This document shows positions 45,107 through 55,341 of a stretch of DNA of 64,000 nt, piece after piece (position 1 is the first letter of the stretch; every line of letters starts with the position of its first letter). Position numbers and translations under genes: made by a program. The notes under the pieces are model-generated. The model did no database searches, was not told where the DNA came from, and was given only the letters and a program-made list of their open reading frames with translations. The stretch is taken from positions 1 to 64,000 of the IMG/VR virus record IMGVR_UViG_3300045988_146036. One strand, given 5' to 3'. Source of the stretch: a virus.

Positions 45107-45471
45107 CTAAATACCCCCTTTATTCTGCCGTGTGAAAAATTTTCAAGTCTTGTAATTTCTGTGTCTATATGTAAGGTACAGTGAATTAACTTACCGTCCC
45201 CTAAATACACTGCTAAATGCCATTGATTCATAGGTAATTTTATAACCAAAACATCCCCATAAACGGCATCTTCTAAGTCAACTTCTTTAAAATGACTTTT
45301 AAAATGCTTTAGCATATTAGCATCCTCACTTACAGGATACCTATATGCTTTGATATGCTCAAATTCTGGGTGAATTTGATAAAAAGGGGCAAGGCATCCC
45401 CAAGCGTACCCGTCCTTTTCCTGTACAAAAGGTAATCCTATGTAATCTTTTACATTTTCTCTAGGAATCAT
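45070..45471 (-). CDS. NlpC/P60-family tail-associated peptidase (gpK-like)
   Basis: GYAWGCLAP (Cys), HLAVYLGDGKLIHC (His, His) triad spacing. Confidence 0.5.
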   Translation of the reverse strand: MIPRENVKDYIGLPFVQEKDGYAWGCLAPFYQIHPEFEHIKAYRYPVSEDANMLKHFKSHFKEVDLEDAVYGDVLVIKLPMNQWHLAVYLGDGKLIHCTLHIDTEITRLENFSHGRIKGVFRCHTFQQQHGVG

Positions 45472-45484
45472 CCTGCCCCTCCTT

Positions 45485-46102
45485 TTAATGCTTAACTAGA
45501 TATTCTCTAGGTACAGCAACGTACCCACCGAAATTTAATACATTACCTCGCTGTATGCAGTCATTCAGCGTTTTACCACATGAATAGTAAATTGTATTTT
45601 TTGACTTACATCTAGCATCCTTATAAATAAACTGACAGTTCGGGTCATAGGTCATTAAAGGTGCTTCTTGGTCGTAGTCACCTAATACCCTAACAACTTC
45701 CATTTCAAAACTTGTAGCAGACATTTTAATCTCATCTAAAATACCGCTATACATAGGTACTGGCTCATCTTCTGGGTACTCTGGAAACCACTCATAAAGT
45801 GTACACCGTTTTCCCAAAAATTCATTACCATGATTCGCTACAATCGCTGCCCATTCTTGCCAATGATTAGAAAGTGTTAAAGAAACACTGTCAATAGAGT
45901 TATCAGCGTTCTCCTGCCTACTACCCCTCTCAATTTGTGTGGATAAGTAAGTATTTCCACAAATTTCAAAAGATTCTAAACTTTCATCTGCTATAAATCT
46001 ATATATGTTATCTTTATCATACTCAATAACCACTAATAGGCGCGTTTCTATCTCGCTTTGTGCTAAGTATTGAGCAATGTCTTGTTTAAAACCCACAGTC
46101 AT
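45485..46102 (-). CDS. minor tail protein gpL-like
   Basis: C-terminal Cys cluster RCKSKNTIYYSCGKTLNDC as in the lambda gpL Fe-S site; position. Confidence 0.45.
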   Translation of the reverse strand: MTVGFKQDIAQYLAQSEIETRLLVVIEYDKDNIYRFIADESLESFEICGNTYLSTQIERGSRQENADNSIDSVSLTLSNHWQEWAAIVANHGNEFLGKRCTLYEWFPEYPEDEPVPMYSGILDEIKMSATSFEMEVVRVLGDYDQEAPLMTYDPNCQFIYKDARCKSKNTIYYSCGKTLNDCIQRGNVLNFGGYVAVPREYLVKH

Positions 46103-46530
46103 TATGAACCATTCCTTACTTCTATTAAATTTATAGAAACTTCTCTGTACCCCATATAATTCATGGTAAATTGCATGGAGTCACTGTCAAATCTAACATA
46201 ATACCAATTATCGTCACCACCATTATCAGTACCATCATCTGCATAAATCCTTGCCCACTTAAATTTAAAAGCTCTATATTTACCTTTCACTTGCTTAAAA
46301 AATTCCTCCAACTTCCTGCCACCCGCAGGTGTCTTTTGGAATTTAAGTGTCCAAGTTCTTCTAGGCTCTGACCACTGCGCTCTACGCTGTTCGTTACCTG
46401 TCCACTTTTCATCAACAAGTGTATTAAATTCAAGAGTGTAGGAGTATAACTGTAAAGCAGTTATACCCCAAACTTCTAAATTGCCAGCATCTTTATAATC
46501 AGTATTTGTAGTTATATCTAAACCTAACAT
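46102..46530 (-). CDS. minor tail protein gpM-like
   Basis: Position immediately after the tape measure gene; 142 aa. Confidence 0.4.
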   Translation of the reverse strand: MLGLDITTNTDYKDAGNLEVWGITALQLYSYTLEFNTLVDEKWTGNEQRRAQWSEPRRTWTLKFQKTPAGGRKLEEFFKQVKGKYRAFKFKWARIYADDGTDNGGDDNWYYVRFDSDSMQFTMNYMGYREVSINLIEVRNGS

Positions 46531-49500
46531 TATGTAACACCTCTAATTGCTGTTCGCATACTTGTGCTTTTCTGAATATCATTTATTAGCTTACTCTTAA
46601 AGTTCTCGTATTGCTTATTAAATAGCTTCATATTAGCCTCTGGGTCAAGTGACTGGAATGTCATATTCAAAGTAACCCCTACTGTTGATGGCAATTCATT
46701 TGCCTGTTGCATAGGCGTTGTATTCTCTAGCTGACTATCCTCTGTTCTTACTTCGCCACCATCTGCGTATTTAAAACGTGGAAGTCTACCACTACGAATT
46801 GTTCTTCCATCACCAACGCTGTTTAAGCGGTCAAGGAAGTTTGTACCTAAAGCCTTAGCAGAACTTGCTTTTATTACATATTCCCCATTCGACAACCTAG
46901 CAGGAATACTATCACTCGTACCTGTACCTGCTCCACTAACAGCACCGCCATCTGCAAATGCCCAAAGCTTAGCTGCCTTACCAATTTGCATAATCATCAT
47001 CACAGTTTGTAAAACTATTCCGAATTTTCCAAGGCTACCACTTACAGCGGTTACGGCTGCCATTAAAGCAGGCATTGCGCTATTTCCTGTGGATTTAGTA
47101 ACACTGCTTAAATCATCAGTAGCACCAGTGCTTATCTTAGTAGCCGCTGTATCTTCTGTGATAGCACCTGTTGCAGAAATAACACCCTTATCAAATCTCT
47201 CTAGACCCTTAACAGAGCTAGATAAGTCTGGCATTGCTATGCCACTTCCAATAGTTGTGCTTTCAGTGTTATGCTGTCCTATGGCACTTCCTACTACATT
47301 TCCTACCACACCGCTGATACCTGTTGCACCACTAACACCAACACTTGTTACACCTGCTTTTGTCAAAATTTCCTGTATAACAGAATTTAAGGCTTGGAAA
47401 GAAGGTATTAACTGCCCATTAAGCTCCTGCTGTAAAGTAAGTCCTGCATCTGTAACATCTTGCTGGAACTTTGTCATATCAACTGTAACTCGTGATTCAA
47501 CATTTGTTACAACATCTGTATCCAAAGTATTTCTTCCAGAAATACTATCAAAGATATTGCCAAACAACTCATCAAAAGCTGTATCAAACATCTTCTTAGT
47601 AAAGGTCTGTAAGAAAGTATTTGCAAAATCTTGTAAAGCGTCTTTTGCTGATTTTTCTCCCCAGTAAATACTTTGAAAAGCATCTGATAAACCACTAACT
47701 AAGTTATCCTTAATTAAGGATTCTAATGGATGTACTTCGTCCATCAAATCTTTGATAGCTTGCTTAGCATCTACAATGTTTTGCAACATTTTACTTTTTG
47801 TTTCTTCGTCATTTGCGGCCTTTAATTCAGCAGTGTAATTAGCAATCGCAGTTCTATACTGGTCTATTACAGACTGCATATCAGAATGGCTTCTAATCCA
47901 TAGGTCGCTTTCTTTTTGGAAATCGCTATGAACCCCTGTTGAAAGCTGATAATCAAGATTTGCAGACTGTGCTTGTAATCCTACATTCTGAGCACGTGCA
48001 ATAGATTCTTGTGCATCACGCTCTAATTTTCGTAAGTATACTATCTGCTCTAATTGCTGTTTAGCAACTTGCATTTTGCTTATCAAGGTACTCCAAGCTT
48101 TTATATCGCTCGCGCTACCCTCTTTTTGCGCTTTTGCTAAACCTTTTTGCGCAGTTTCAAGCTCTGCGTATACCCTTGAAAAATCTGCTGCATACTCTTT
48201 GACTAAATTATTTTTAAAAGCTTCTTCTGATACGCCAACTATATCTTCATACTTGCCCTTTATATCATCTAATCTATCATACAGTTCTTTATACTTATCT
48301 TTTAAATCATTTACATATTCTATGTATTTTGTAATAGCAGATTCTTTAAGTTCATCTATCTTATTTGTGAATGATTCTACATCAGAATCTTGCCCTAAAG
48401 ATTTTGCAATCTCTCTGCGCTTTTCATAATTCTTAATTTCTGCCTCTATTATATCAGAATCGTATTTAAACTTGGTCTGCATATAATCTTGGGTAGAGGT
48501 TAAGTCAAATTTATAAGCACTTTCAAGCTGTAACTGCTGTTGCTTAATTGCTTCTTTTTCCGCTTTTAAAGCAGTTTCTAAAACTTTATAGGCGTTTTTA
48601 GCTTGATTTCTAGCTGCCTTATCTGCGGCAGCTTTTCCTTTAGCCCCTGTACCATTATCCGTAGGAATCTTAGGATTTTTTAATTGGAGATTTTTCTGTG
48701 CTTCTTTATAATTTTGTAAATCAAAATCTGGGATTATAGAATCATTTCCCTTTAAAACCTTTTGTGCATCTAATTGTATCTGCGCGCCATAATTCTTCTT
48801 AGCTTTATCCTCTGCGCTATCAAAGTATCTTCCCCATAAATCATCAAAATCTTTAACAGGATTCTTACCCCAAAGTTGGTTGGCTTCATAAGTAGCTGCG
48901 CCTACACCTAATGTTATTGCAGCTATAATGCCACCAGCTTTTGCAATATTGAATAAGTTCATTGCCTGTACTGCTTTCATTATGTTTGGAACTAAATCTT
49001 TAAAAGATGTAGCCAAACTTGCCAAAGAGGACATTATAACTCCCGCAGTTTCTATACCCTGTCCTAGAGAATGTATAAACCCATCACTCTCGTCCGTGGT
49101 AAGCCCAATAATTAAACCTATGCTTGTAAACACATCACCCATACCAGATAGGGCTTTTGTTGCAATATCTACCTTTCCAGTTAACTCGTCTGTGTTCTCT
49201 TTATTCTTTGACACTTGTTCATAATGTTGTTTTTCTGCCTGTGCTTTTCTTATCAAATCTTGAACTGTATTATCCACAGCTTTAGATTCTTTAACCAGCC
49301 CTTGTGAAGCTAATTCAGCAGCAGCATTTGCATATGTTGCAGCTTCATAAGCAGTTGCACCAAGCTTTTCATATTGTTTTTGTAATAATGTTAACTTACT
49401 GCTCCATTCAACAAGCTCTTTATTGCCAGAGGATTCTCCCAACATTTTTGATTGTCCTGCATAAGTTGCAGTGCCTTTAGTTAACTTTGAAGTTTCTGCT

Positions 49501-51341
49501 TTCTCATTATGCTGCTTAACTACGCTATTAACATAATCAGTAGCAGCATTTTTTGCCTTTTCATATGATAATCTAGACTGTTCAAGCTCTTTATTAAGTA
49601 ACCCTTGGCTTGTAGTTAACCCATCAGTACCACTCTTTAATGACCAAACATCTTTAGCCTTACTTGCGATATTCCAAGTTGCCCACATTATAACAACTTG
49701 TTCAAAGTTATTTGCAAGATACTCAAAAGCCTTAACAAGAGTCCCCCCAATAACTTCTACAACAGGTGCTAAAGCAGAGGCTACATTTTTAATTCCTTCC
49801 CAAAGTTTTACTACGTCGTCCCCAAATTCTTCCCAAGCCAAAATTATCTCAGGTTTTAATTGAAAATCATCCGTAAACAAAACTTTTCGCACGTCCATTA
49901 AGATACTTTTGGCAACATTCTGTAATGAATCCATTCCAGCTGCCTGTGCTAATGTATAACCCTCTTTTACTTGGTCAAACATGCCTTTTAAAGTATTGCC
50001 TGTTTCTAAGGAAGCATCCTTAAAACCTTCAATACGATTCATTAAGAACTTAAATAAGCCCTCGCTACTTTGTTTAGCTGCCTTAATATCACTATCGGTT
50101 AAGCCTAAAGCTGTTGCTAAGGTTGAACTTGAAGCTTGAATACCACCTTGAACTAAATCCCTTAATTCCTGTACTAGCTGCCTACCATCAAGTCCCATTG
50201 ATTTAACGGCATTTACACCTGTAACAGTAAATTGCTTAATTTCGTCAATATTCATTCCTGCACCTAAACCTGGGCCAAGCAAAGCTCTAAATGTAGTAAC
50301 AAGTTCCTCGCTTGTTGCAGAAGTTTTTGCAGCTTCTATGTTCAAATCTGCAATGATGGATTTTGAAATTCCCATTGCAGTGTTCCAATCCAAGCTTTTA
50401 TCATTAAGTTTTGTCATGGAACTTAGGATACCAGACATACCTACTTGTTCCGTTTCCATTTGCTGTGCAAACTGCCAACCAGGAGATACAATAGACTGCA
50501 TTAAGCTTACAATTCCTTGAATACCACTTTGCAGTACAAAAACTTTAAAGGAAATATCACTAAACATCTTCCAATTTTTTGAAAGACTGCCATATAAAGT
50601 ATTTGATTGTAGGGTTGCACCTGCAAGCCCACTTTCAAGCCCTTTAACTTGTGACATAGCAACATCAGTATTTATTGTGGGTGTATAGCTTAATTTATTT
50701 AACTGCTTATCTATTTTAGAAGTATCCGTTTTTACTGGCTTATATGACATTTTTAAAGTCTGCACACCAGAATTTAGTTGTGTTTGTTCAGCTTTTACTT
50801 TTAACTTCTCTAAATCCCCTGCCATCTGTACGGCTTGCTGTGATAATGTTTTTCTAGCATTTGTCATACTCTGTCCAGAACGTGTAGACATTCTTTCAAA
50901 AGCACGTGTCATTTGACTAAGTGCCTCTGAAACATTCTTATTCATTGACATTATACTAGCAGAAACTAAAGAAGTGTTTACCCCAACAGCAGTTGATAAC
51001 TTCTGTGTCGCCCTTATCTGCTGTTGCATGGAAGATTCAAGAGTTTTTGTCTGTGCATTTAAACTCTTGGTTAGCAAATTTCTTTGTGTTGCCATCTGCG
51101 CATTTATCTGATTTGTCTGCGCTCTAATTGTAGCGATAACATTTTTAGCAGTCATTGCTACTTTTGTGTCTATACTATTTAAAGATGAATTTACTTTTTT
51201 CTGCGATTTTTGGAATGAAGTAGAAAGCTGCTCTAATTGCTGGTCTGCCTTTGCCACGCCTTTTGTAAGATTACTAACATCTAAAGCTATACTAGCTGTT
51301 AGTTTACCTACATCTGCATTAGCCATCTTTTCTCCCTCCAA
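46530..51341 (-). CDS. tail tape measure protein (about 1600 aa; likely ATG start at 51326)
   Basis: Very long alpha-helical protein after the chaperone gene; GGAGGGAGAAAAG RBS then ATG. Confidence 0.75.
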   Translation of the reverse strand: MEGEKMANADVGKLTASIALDVSNLTKGVAKADQQLEQLSTSFQKSQKKVNSSLNSIDTKVAMTAKNVIATIRAQTNQINAQMATQRNLLTKSLNAQTKTLESSMQQQIRATQKLSTAVGVNTSLVSASIMSMNKNVSEALSQMTRAFERMSTRSGQSMTNARKTLSQQAVQMAGDLEKLKVKAEQTQLNSGVQTLKMSYKPVKTDTSKIDKQLNKLSYTPTINTDVAMSQVKGLESGLAGATLQSNTLYGSLSKNWKMFSDISFKVFVLQSGIQGIVSLMQSIVSPGWQFAQQMETEQVGMSGILSSMTKLNDKSLDWNTAMGISKSIIADLNIEAAKTSATSEELVTTFRALLGPGLGAGMNIDEIKQFTVTGVNAVKSMGLDGRQLVQELRDLVQGGIQASSSTLATALGLTDSDIKAAKQSSEGLFKFLMNRIEGFKDASLETGNTLKGMFDQVKEGYTLAQAAGMDSLQNVAKSILMDVRKVLFTDDFQLKPEIILAWEEFGDDVVKLWEGIKNVASALAPVVEVIGGTLVKAFEYLANNFEQVVIMWATWNIASKAKDVWSLKSGTDGLTTSQGLLNKELEQSRLSYEKAKNAATDYVNSVVKQHNEKAETSKLTKGTATYAGQSKMLGESSGNKELVEWSSKLTLLQKQYEKLGATAYEAATYANAAAELASQGLVKESKAVDNTVQDLIRKAQAEKQHYEQVSKNKENTDELTGKVDIATKALSGMGDVFTSIGLIIGLTTDESDGFIHSLGQGIETAGVIMSSLASLATSFKDLVPNIMKAVQAMNLFNIAKAGGIIAAITLGVGAATYEANQLWGKNPVKDFDDLWGRYFDSAEDKAKKNYGAQIQLDAQKVLKGNDSIIPDFDLQNYKEAQKNLQLKNPKIPTDNGTGAKGKAAADKAARNQAKNAYKVLETALKAEKEAIKQQQLQLESAYKFDLTSTQDYMQTKFKYDSDIIEAEIKNYEKRREIAKSLGQDSDVESFTNKIDELKESAITKYIEYVNDLKDKYKELYDRLDDIKGKYEDIVGVSEEAFKNNLVKEYAADFSRVYAELETAQKGLAKAQKEGSASDIKAWSTLISKMQVAKQQLEQIVYLRKLERDAQESIARAQNVGLQAQSANLDYQLSTGVHSDFQKESDLWIRSHSDMQSVIDQYRTAIANYTAELKAANDEETKSKMLQNIVDAKQAIKDLMDEVHPLESLIKDNLVSGLSDAFQSIYWGEKSAKDALQDFANTFLQTFTKKMFDTAFDELFGNIFDSISGRNTLDTDVVTNVESRVTVDMTKFQQDVTDAGLTLQQELNGQLIPSFQALNSVIQEILTKAGVTSVGVSGATGISGVVGNVVGSAIGQHNTESTTIGSGIAMPDLSSSVKGLERFDKGVISATGAITEDTAATKISTGATDDLSSVTKSTGNSAMPALMAAVTAVSGSLGKFGIVLQTVMMIMQIGKAAKLWAFADGGAVSGAGTGTSDSIPARLSNGEYVIKASSAKALGTNFLDRLNSVGDGRTIRSGRLPRFKYADGGEVRTEDSQLENTTPMQQANELPSTVGVTLNMTFQSLDPEANMKLFNKQYENFKSKLINDIQKSTSMRTAIRGVT

Positions 51342-51353
51342 TCAATTTTAGGG

Positions 51354-51602
51354 CTATTTTATATTACCGCCCCACTGTTTAAATAAATCTGGTGTCATTT
51401 TCGGCATATTCTTGACATCATTTTTTGCCTTATCTGGGTTCTCCACCTTTACATGATAATCCAATAAAGCAAATATTTTTGCAGGAGAGCTTTCCCAAAA
51501 TTCTGTATCGGACATTTTTAGAACTCTCTTTGCAAAATAGTAAAAAGCTACCCAATCCCACGAATCATCTTCTTCGTGGGAAAGGGCTTTCTTTAGTTTT
51601 TT
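51354..51602 (-). other. candidate -1 programmed ribosomal frameshift site (A AAA AAC) with 78-codon extension (gpGT-like)
   Basis: The chaperone ends ...AGT TCA AAA AAC TAA; the -1 frame is open for 78 codons from 51596 to the TAG at 51354-51356, 27 nt before the tape measure ATG. Confidence 0.6.
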
Positions 51603-51928
51603 GAACTCTTAGTTTCTTTAACTTCTGGCATTACCTTAGTTAAAGCTTCATTAACCAAACTAATCACATCTGGGATGTTTCTAGGAGTTAAATAACTTCC
51701 TAATTCTTTATCTGTCATTTTATCCTTACTTGACGCAAACCCTGCCTGTAAAATAGCTAAAACATCAGCAAATCTAGGTGTTCCAGTAAGTGCATCAAAA
51801 GCTTTTTGCACACTTCCAAATTTATCCTCTAACATTGCAAATGCGTTGAAATCATAAACTAATTCATAATCTTTTTCTCCAATTTGAAGAATAGTTCCTT
51901 GTGGTTTTAATAAGCTTAATTTTGACAT
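51593..51928 (-). CDS. tail assembly chaperone (gpG-like)
   Basis: Position between the major tail and tape measure genes; 111 aa; frameshift signal at its 3' end. Confidence 0.55.
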   Translation of the reverse strand: MSKLSLLKPQGTILQIGEKDYELVYDFNAFAMLEDKFGSVQKAFDALTGTPRFADVLAILQAGFASSKDKMTDKELGSYLTPRNIPDVISLVNEALTKVMPEVKETKSSKN

Positions 51929-51966
51929 ATTTATTACTCTCCTTTATGTATTAATAACCTAACTAT

Positions 51967-51995
51967 ATTATATCATATAATTAAGATTTTGTCAA
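51967..51995 (-). promoter_or_regulatory. sigma-A type promoter TTGACA-N17-TATAAT
   Basis: Minus strand reads TTGACAaaatcttaattatatgaTATAAT. Confidence 0.55.
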
Positions 51996-52002
51996 TACCC
52001 TT

Positions 52003-52037
52003 AAAAAAAATAAAATAAGGGTGTATAAAACACCCTT
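52003..52037 (-). terminator. rho-independent terminator after the major tail gene
   Basis: Hairpin aagggtgt-ataaa-acaccctt followed by TTATTTTATTTTTTTT on the minus strand. Confidence 0.55.
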
Positions 52038-52048
52038 AAAATTAATTA

Positions 52049-52633
52049 TTAAGCACCAATAGCTGATGCAGTAGCGTTAAGTGTCATATCCATCCACTTT
52101 CCTGCACCGTTTGTAGGCATTGCTACACCGCTGAAAGAGCAGTCACCAAAATCACCACTTGAATCGTTAATGGTGAAATCTGGAGCTTCACTTAATCTGC
52201 ACTTATAAAGCACTACATGGGCATCTTTTACAGTGCCGTCTGTACTTGCATAATCCCATTTACCCTCTAGTTTAAAGTAACCTGGGGTAGCATTTGCTGC
52301 TGTTATGCTATAAGTAACTTTTTCAGTCGCCTCTGTGCCATCAGTAGTTACCTTACCACCTAAGATACACTGTAATCCACTATAACTTATTACACTGTTA
52401 GTAACAGTAAAGTTAATACTTGTAGTACGTGCATAGTTATCCATTACAGTTGAATCACCATAAAGTGTTTTAGAAACCATTTCTGGTGAAACCTGTAAAG
52501 AAAGGACACCTGCTAAATCTACGAACTCACCATAAGTAGTTTCACCATCTGTTGGGTCGGTTAATAGAGGTGCAACTTTTACGTCACTTAACTCCATTAA
52601 AACTACTCTTGTGTCAAGAATCTTTCCTGCCAT
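52049..52633 (-). CDS. major tail protein
   Basis: 194 aa, Thr/Ser/Gly-rich beta-rich protein upstream of chaperone and tape measure; terminator downstream. Confidence 0.55.
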   Translation of the reverse strand: MAGKILDTRVVLMELSDVKVAPLLTDPTDGETTYGEFVDLAGVLSLQVSPEMVSKTLYGDSTVMDNYARTTSINFTVTNSVISYSGLQCILGGKVTTDGTEATEKVTYSITAANATPGYFKLEGKWDYASTDGTVKDAHVVLYKCRLSEAPDFTINDSSGDFGDCSFSGVAMPTNGAGKWMDMTLNATASAIGA

Positions 52634-52649
52634 ATGCTTTCAATCCTTT

Positions 52650-53045
52650 CTAATAATTCAATGAAAGCCCTGTTACATTAAGTACCCAATTCGCCCTGCC
52701 CCCAGTATCCGTTGTAAGATACGTTGGTGGGTTCATTGGCCTTACTGTAAAACGCTTTCCGTTAGCGTCAACCATAAAACCATCTTTATTTAAAAGATTA
52801 TATATATTTAATGCAATTTCTTGCGCTTTAGAACTAAGCCTATTCCTTATTCTTATCTGGCAATTAAAGTTCACACTATTACGTGCGCGCCCTTTAATGC
52901 TAAAAGCCTGCAATTCTGTTACACATATTGCATCTGGTATTTCTGTCCTTTGAGGAAAAAGGTTTACAAAAATATTCTTATCCACTATGCCATATTCATT
53001 TGTTTCCAAAAAGCCTGCCATACTTTCCGCGAACATTTTCCACAC
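52650..53045 (-). CDS. tail completion / head-tail joining protein
   Basis: Position. Confidence 0.35.
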   Translation of the reverse strand: MWKMFAESMAGFLETNEYGIVDKNIFVNLFPQRTEIPDAICVTELQAFSIKGRARNSVNFNCQIRIRNRLSSKAQEIALNIYNLLNKDGFMVDANGKRFTVRPMNPPTYLTTDTGGRANWVLNVTGLSLNY

Positions 53046-53561
53046 CTACTTCATACGCTTACGTACAAGCTTCGCAGCCTTACGTATGCTTCTTTTTCCT
53101 CTAACAGATTTACTACTTTCAACATTTATAGGAACATCTTCAAGAACTGCTTCTCTTACAGATTCTTTCATAAGCTCCATATATGTCTGCTTATTTGCAT
53201 TATATGGGTCACTTAAATAATGGTCTTTACCGCCATTTGGATGTTTAAACCAGGTGGCTTCATGCTGAATAAGCGCATAATTAAAATCTGGGTTGCTTCC
53301 CAAAGGCTTTGAGGGGTCTAATAAATGCCTATCTCTTTGTGTTGCAGAATAGACAACATCAAAGGAAGTACCTTTATCTACGACCTCACCACTTAAAACC
53401 AATGCACCTGTATCAACAGGTACTTGCATTTCTGAATCCCTCAATAAATCCTCTGCACACAGCTTAGCAGCTTCCCTTAAAGCCCCCTCCATTCGGAGAG
53501 ATTTATTTATAAGTTTACTACTAATTTGCTGAAATACATTAGAGTTGTAACTCATAATCAT
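53046..53561 (-). CDS. head-tail adaptor / neck protein
   Basis: Position. Confidence 0.35.
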   Translation of the reverse strand: MIMSYNSNVFQQISSKLINKSLRMEGALREAAKLCAEDLLRDSEMQVPVDTGALVLSGEVVDKGTSFDVVYSATQRDRHLLDPSKPLGSNPDFNYALIQHEATWFKHPNGGKDHYLSDPYNANKQTYMELMKESVREAVLEDVPINVESSKSVRGKRSIRKAAKLVRKRMK

Positions 53562-54027
53562 TTGGAATTACCCCATTATTAGTCCACTGAAAATTTGTAA
53601 TTACACCATCCATCTTAAAAACACGCACACTTACATAAATACCCTGTAATAAAACGCCATCATCTATGCCCACAATTAAATAATTGGCTGTCTTTCCATT
53701 TGGGTACTCTATATAAATGCGGTCTAATTTATTAGGAATATGTGGTCTAATACTTGTTAAAGCAAACTGTATTGTTGCTGACTCCTGCGTAACTGTTAAA
53801 TAATCCTTAGCCCGCTCTAAATCTACATCACTGGCTAAATCAGAATTTAAGGTTGCATTTATACGTATTTTATTTTCAAAATCATAGTCTATAAAGTCCT
53901 TACTTTCAAGGTATTTTCTTTCAAGAACAGGTACATAATAGAATTTCATTTCCCTATTCCCTATAATACCATAAACTTGGTCGATTGAACTACTTAAATA
54001 CCTACTAATATTATCCATTTTCAGCAT
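53539..54027 (-). CDS. head-tail connector protein
   Basis: Position. Confidence 0.35.
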   Translation of the reverse strand: MLKMDNISRYLSSSIDQVYGIIGNREMKFYYVPVLERKYLESKDFIDYDFENKIRINATLNSDLASDVDLERAKDYLTVTQESATIQFALTSIRPHIPNKLDRIYIEYPNGKTANYLIVGIDDGVLLQGIYVSVRVFKMDGVITNFQWTNNGVIPNDYELQL

Positions 54028-54760
54028 CCCCAGTCATTACCTCAACCTGCTCAATAGATTTATGACCATCCCTATTATAAAATACCATTACTATATAATA
54101 TGTTGTATTTGGACTTAAATTCATTAAACGATATTTAGTCCTCTTAATGTCCCAAAAAGAAATTATTTCTACATCATTCTCCTGCCGTAAGATTGGCACA
54201 GAGTATTCATCATAGATAGACTTAGTGCTATACATTAAAGCATATTTACAAAACTCTCCATAACCTAGATTAAACATATTCCAACTTAACTCAGCAGATG
54301 TTGGACTTACTGTACCAACTTGTAAGTTTACCTTCTGCCCTTTAGATAAGTTATAGTTACGAATAGTCCCATTACGTATACTTATAGTAATATCTGCACA
54401 TTCTATATCACTCTGCTCTGCCTTCTCAATATCTGCTTGTGCTTTTTCAGCTAAGGAAGTGTAATGGAAGAACCTATCGCCTTTCTTAAAGCTTACTTGC
54501 TCTGCACTTACATCAAATTCTGGGGCAGAAGCTGTTGCAAGCCTCATATATAATACATAAAGACTTTTTAACACAACTAGATATTTTTCTTTTGGGGTTA
54601 GTTCATCAACTGATTTTCCCATACCCATCAAAGACATTTCTATGATGGATGGAATATTATCCTTTATCTGCTGATACGAGGGGTCGTTCTCAATTAAAGG
54701 CGTAGAAAGAACTAAACTATCTTCTAAATATTTAATTAGGTCTTGTAGTTTATCTTCCAT
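54011..54760 (-). CDS. head-associated protein with C-terminal fibronectin-III-like domain
   Basis: SPTSAELSWN...NTTYYIVMVFYNRDG resembles an FN3 fold. Confidence 0.35.
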   Translation of the reverse strand: MEDKLQDLIKYLEDSLVLSTPLIENDPSYQQIKDNIPSIIEMSLMGMGKSVDELTPKEKYLVVLKSLYVLYMRLATASAPEFDVSAEQVSFKKGDRFFHYTSLAEKAQADIEKAEQSDIECADITISIRNGTIRNYNLSKGQKVNLQVGTVSPTSAELSWNMFNLGYGEFCKYALMYSTKSIYDEYSVPILRQENDVEIISFWDIKRTKYRLMNLSPNTTYYIVMVFYNRDGHKSIEQVEVMTGDAENG

Positions 54761-54778
54761 GCGCTCACCCTCCTAAAT

Positions 54779-55015
54779 TTAAACTACTGCCAACGCTCCT
54801 TGCGCTTTCAGATATGCTTTTAATTCCTCAGAAACTTCCAATTCAGTTCCCTCAGAAAAATAGTACCATTTATTCCCATAAACCATTTTAAAAGTTTGAT
54901 TAGGAACTATCTTTACTTTTTTATTAGTAGCTTTTGCAACTTCTTTTTTAGCTTCTGGGATAGTTACACTTACATTTACTTCGGGTGTAACTTCCGTTTT
55001 CTTTGTTACTGCCAT
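54779..55015 (-). CDS. hypothetical head protein (78 aa)
   Basis: ORF. Confidence 0.3.
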   Translation of the reverse strand: MAVTKKTEVTPEVNVSVTIPEAKKEVAKATNKKVKIVPNQTFKMVYGNKWYYFSEGTELEVSEELKAYLKAQGALAVV

Positions 55016-55056
55016 TTGTAACCTCCATTTAAGAAAAAGGGAGAATAAAATCTCCC

Positions 55057-55335
55057 TTATTTTTGACCTTCTTCACTAGACTGTGTATCACTACTAACAG
55101 GCGGTGGTGATGTAGCTAATGCCGCGTTTACTGCACTAGCAAATTCAACACTTCCTGCTTCTGAGTTAAGCACAATATCTTTACTTATTCCTACTTTATC
55201 AGCAACAGCTTGCGGATTTTGCTTCATGTAGAATACATCATCCGCAGTTACACCCTTGCCAATCAGACTTGCTAACTTGGCAGGGGCTTGCTGTGCATAT
55301 AAAGCATCACTAGCGGTAATAGCCATTAGTGACAC
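55057..55335 (-). CDS. possible head decoration/fibre protein (92 aa)
   Basis: Ala-rich, immediately downstream of the capsid gene. Confidence 0.3.
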   Translation of the reverse strand: MSLMAITASDALYAQQAPAKLASLIGKGVTADDVFYMKQNPQAVADKVGISKDIVLNSEAGSVEFASAVNAALATSPPPVSSDTQSSEEGQK

Positions 55336-55341
55336 CTCCCA

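Noticed and set aside
47089-49224. Plus-strand ORFs of 192, 117 and 98 aa
   Set aside because: Antisense to the tape-measure gene, with no RBS or promoters. Typical shadow ORFs in an AT-rich helical-protein gene.
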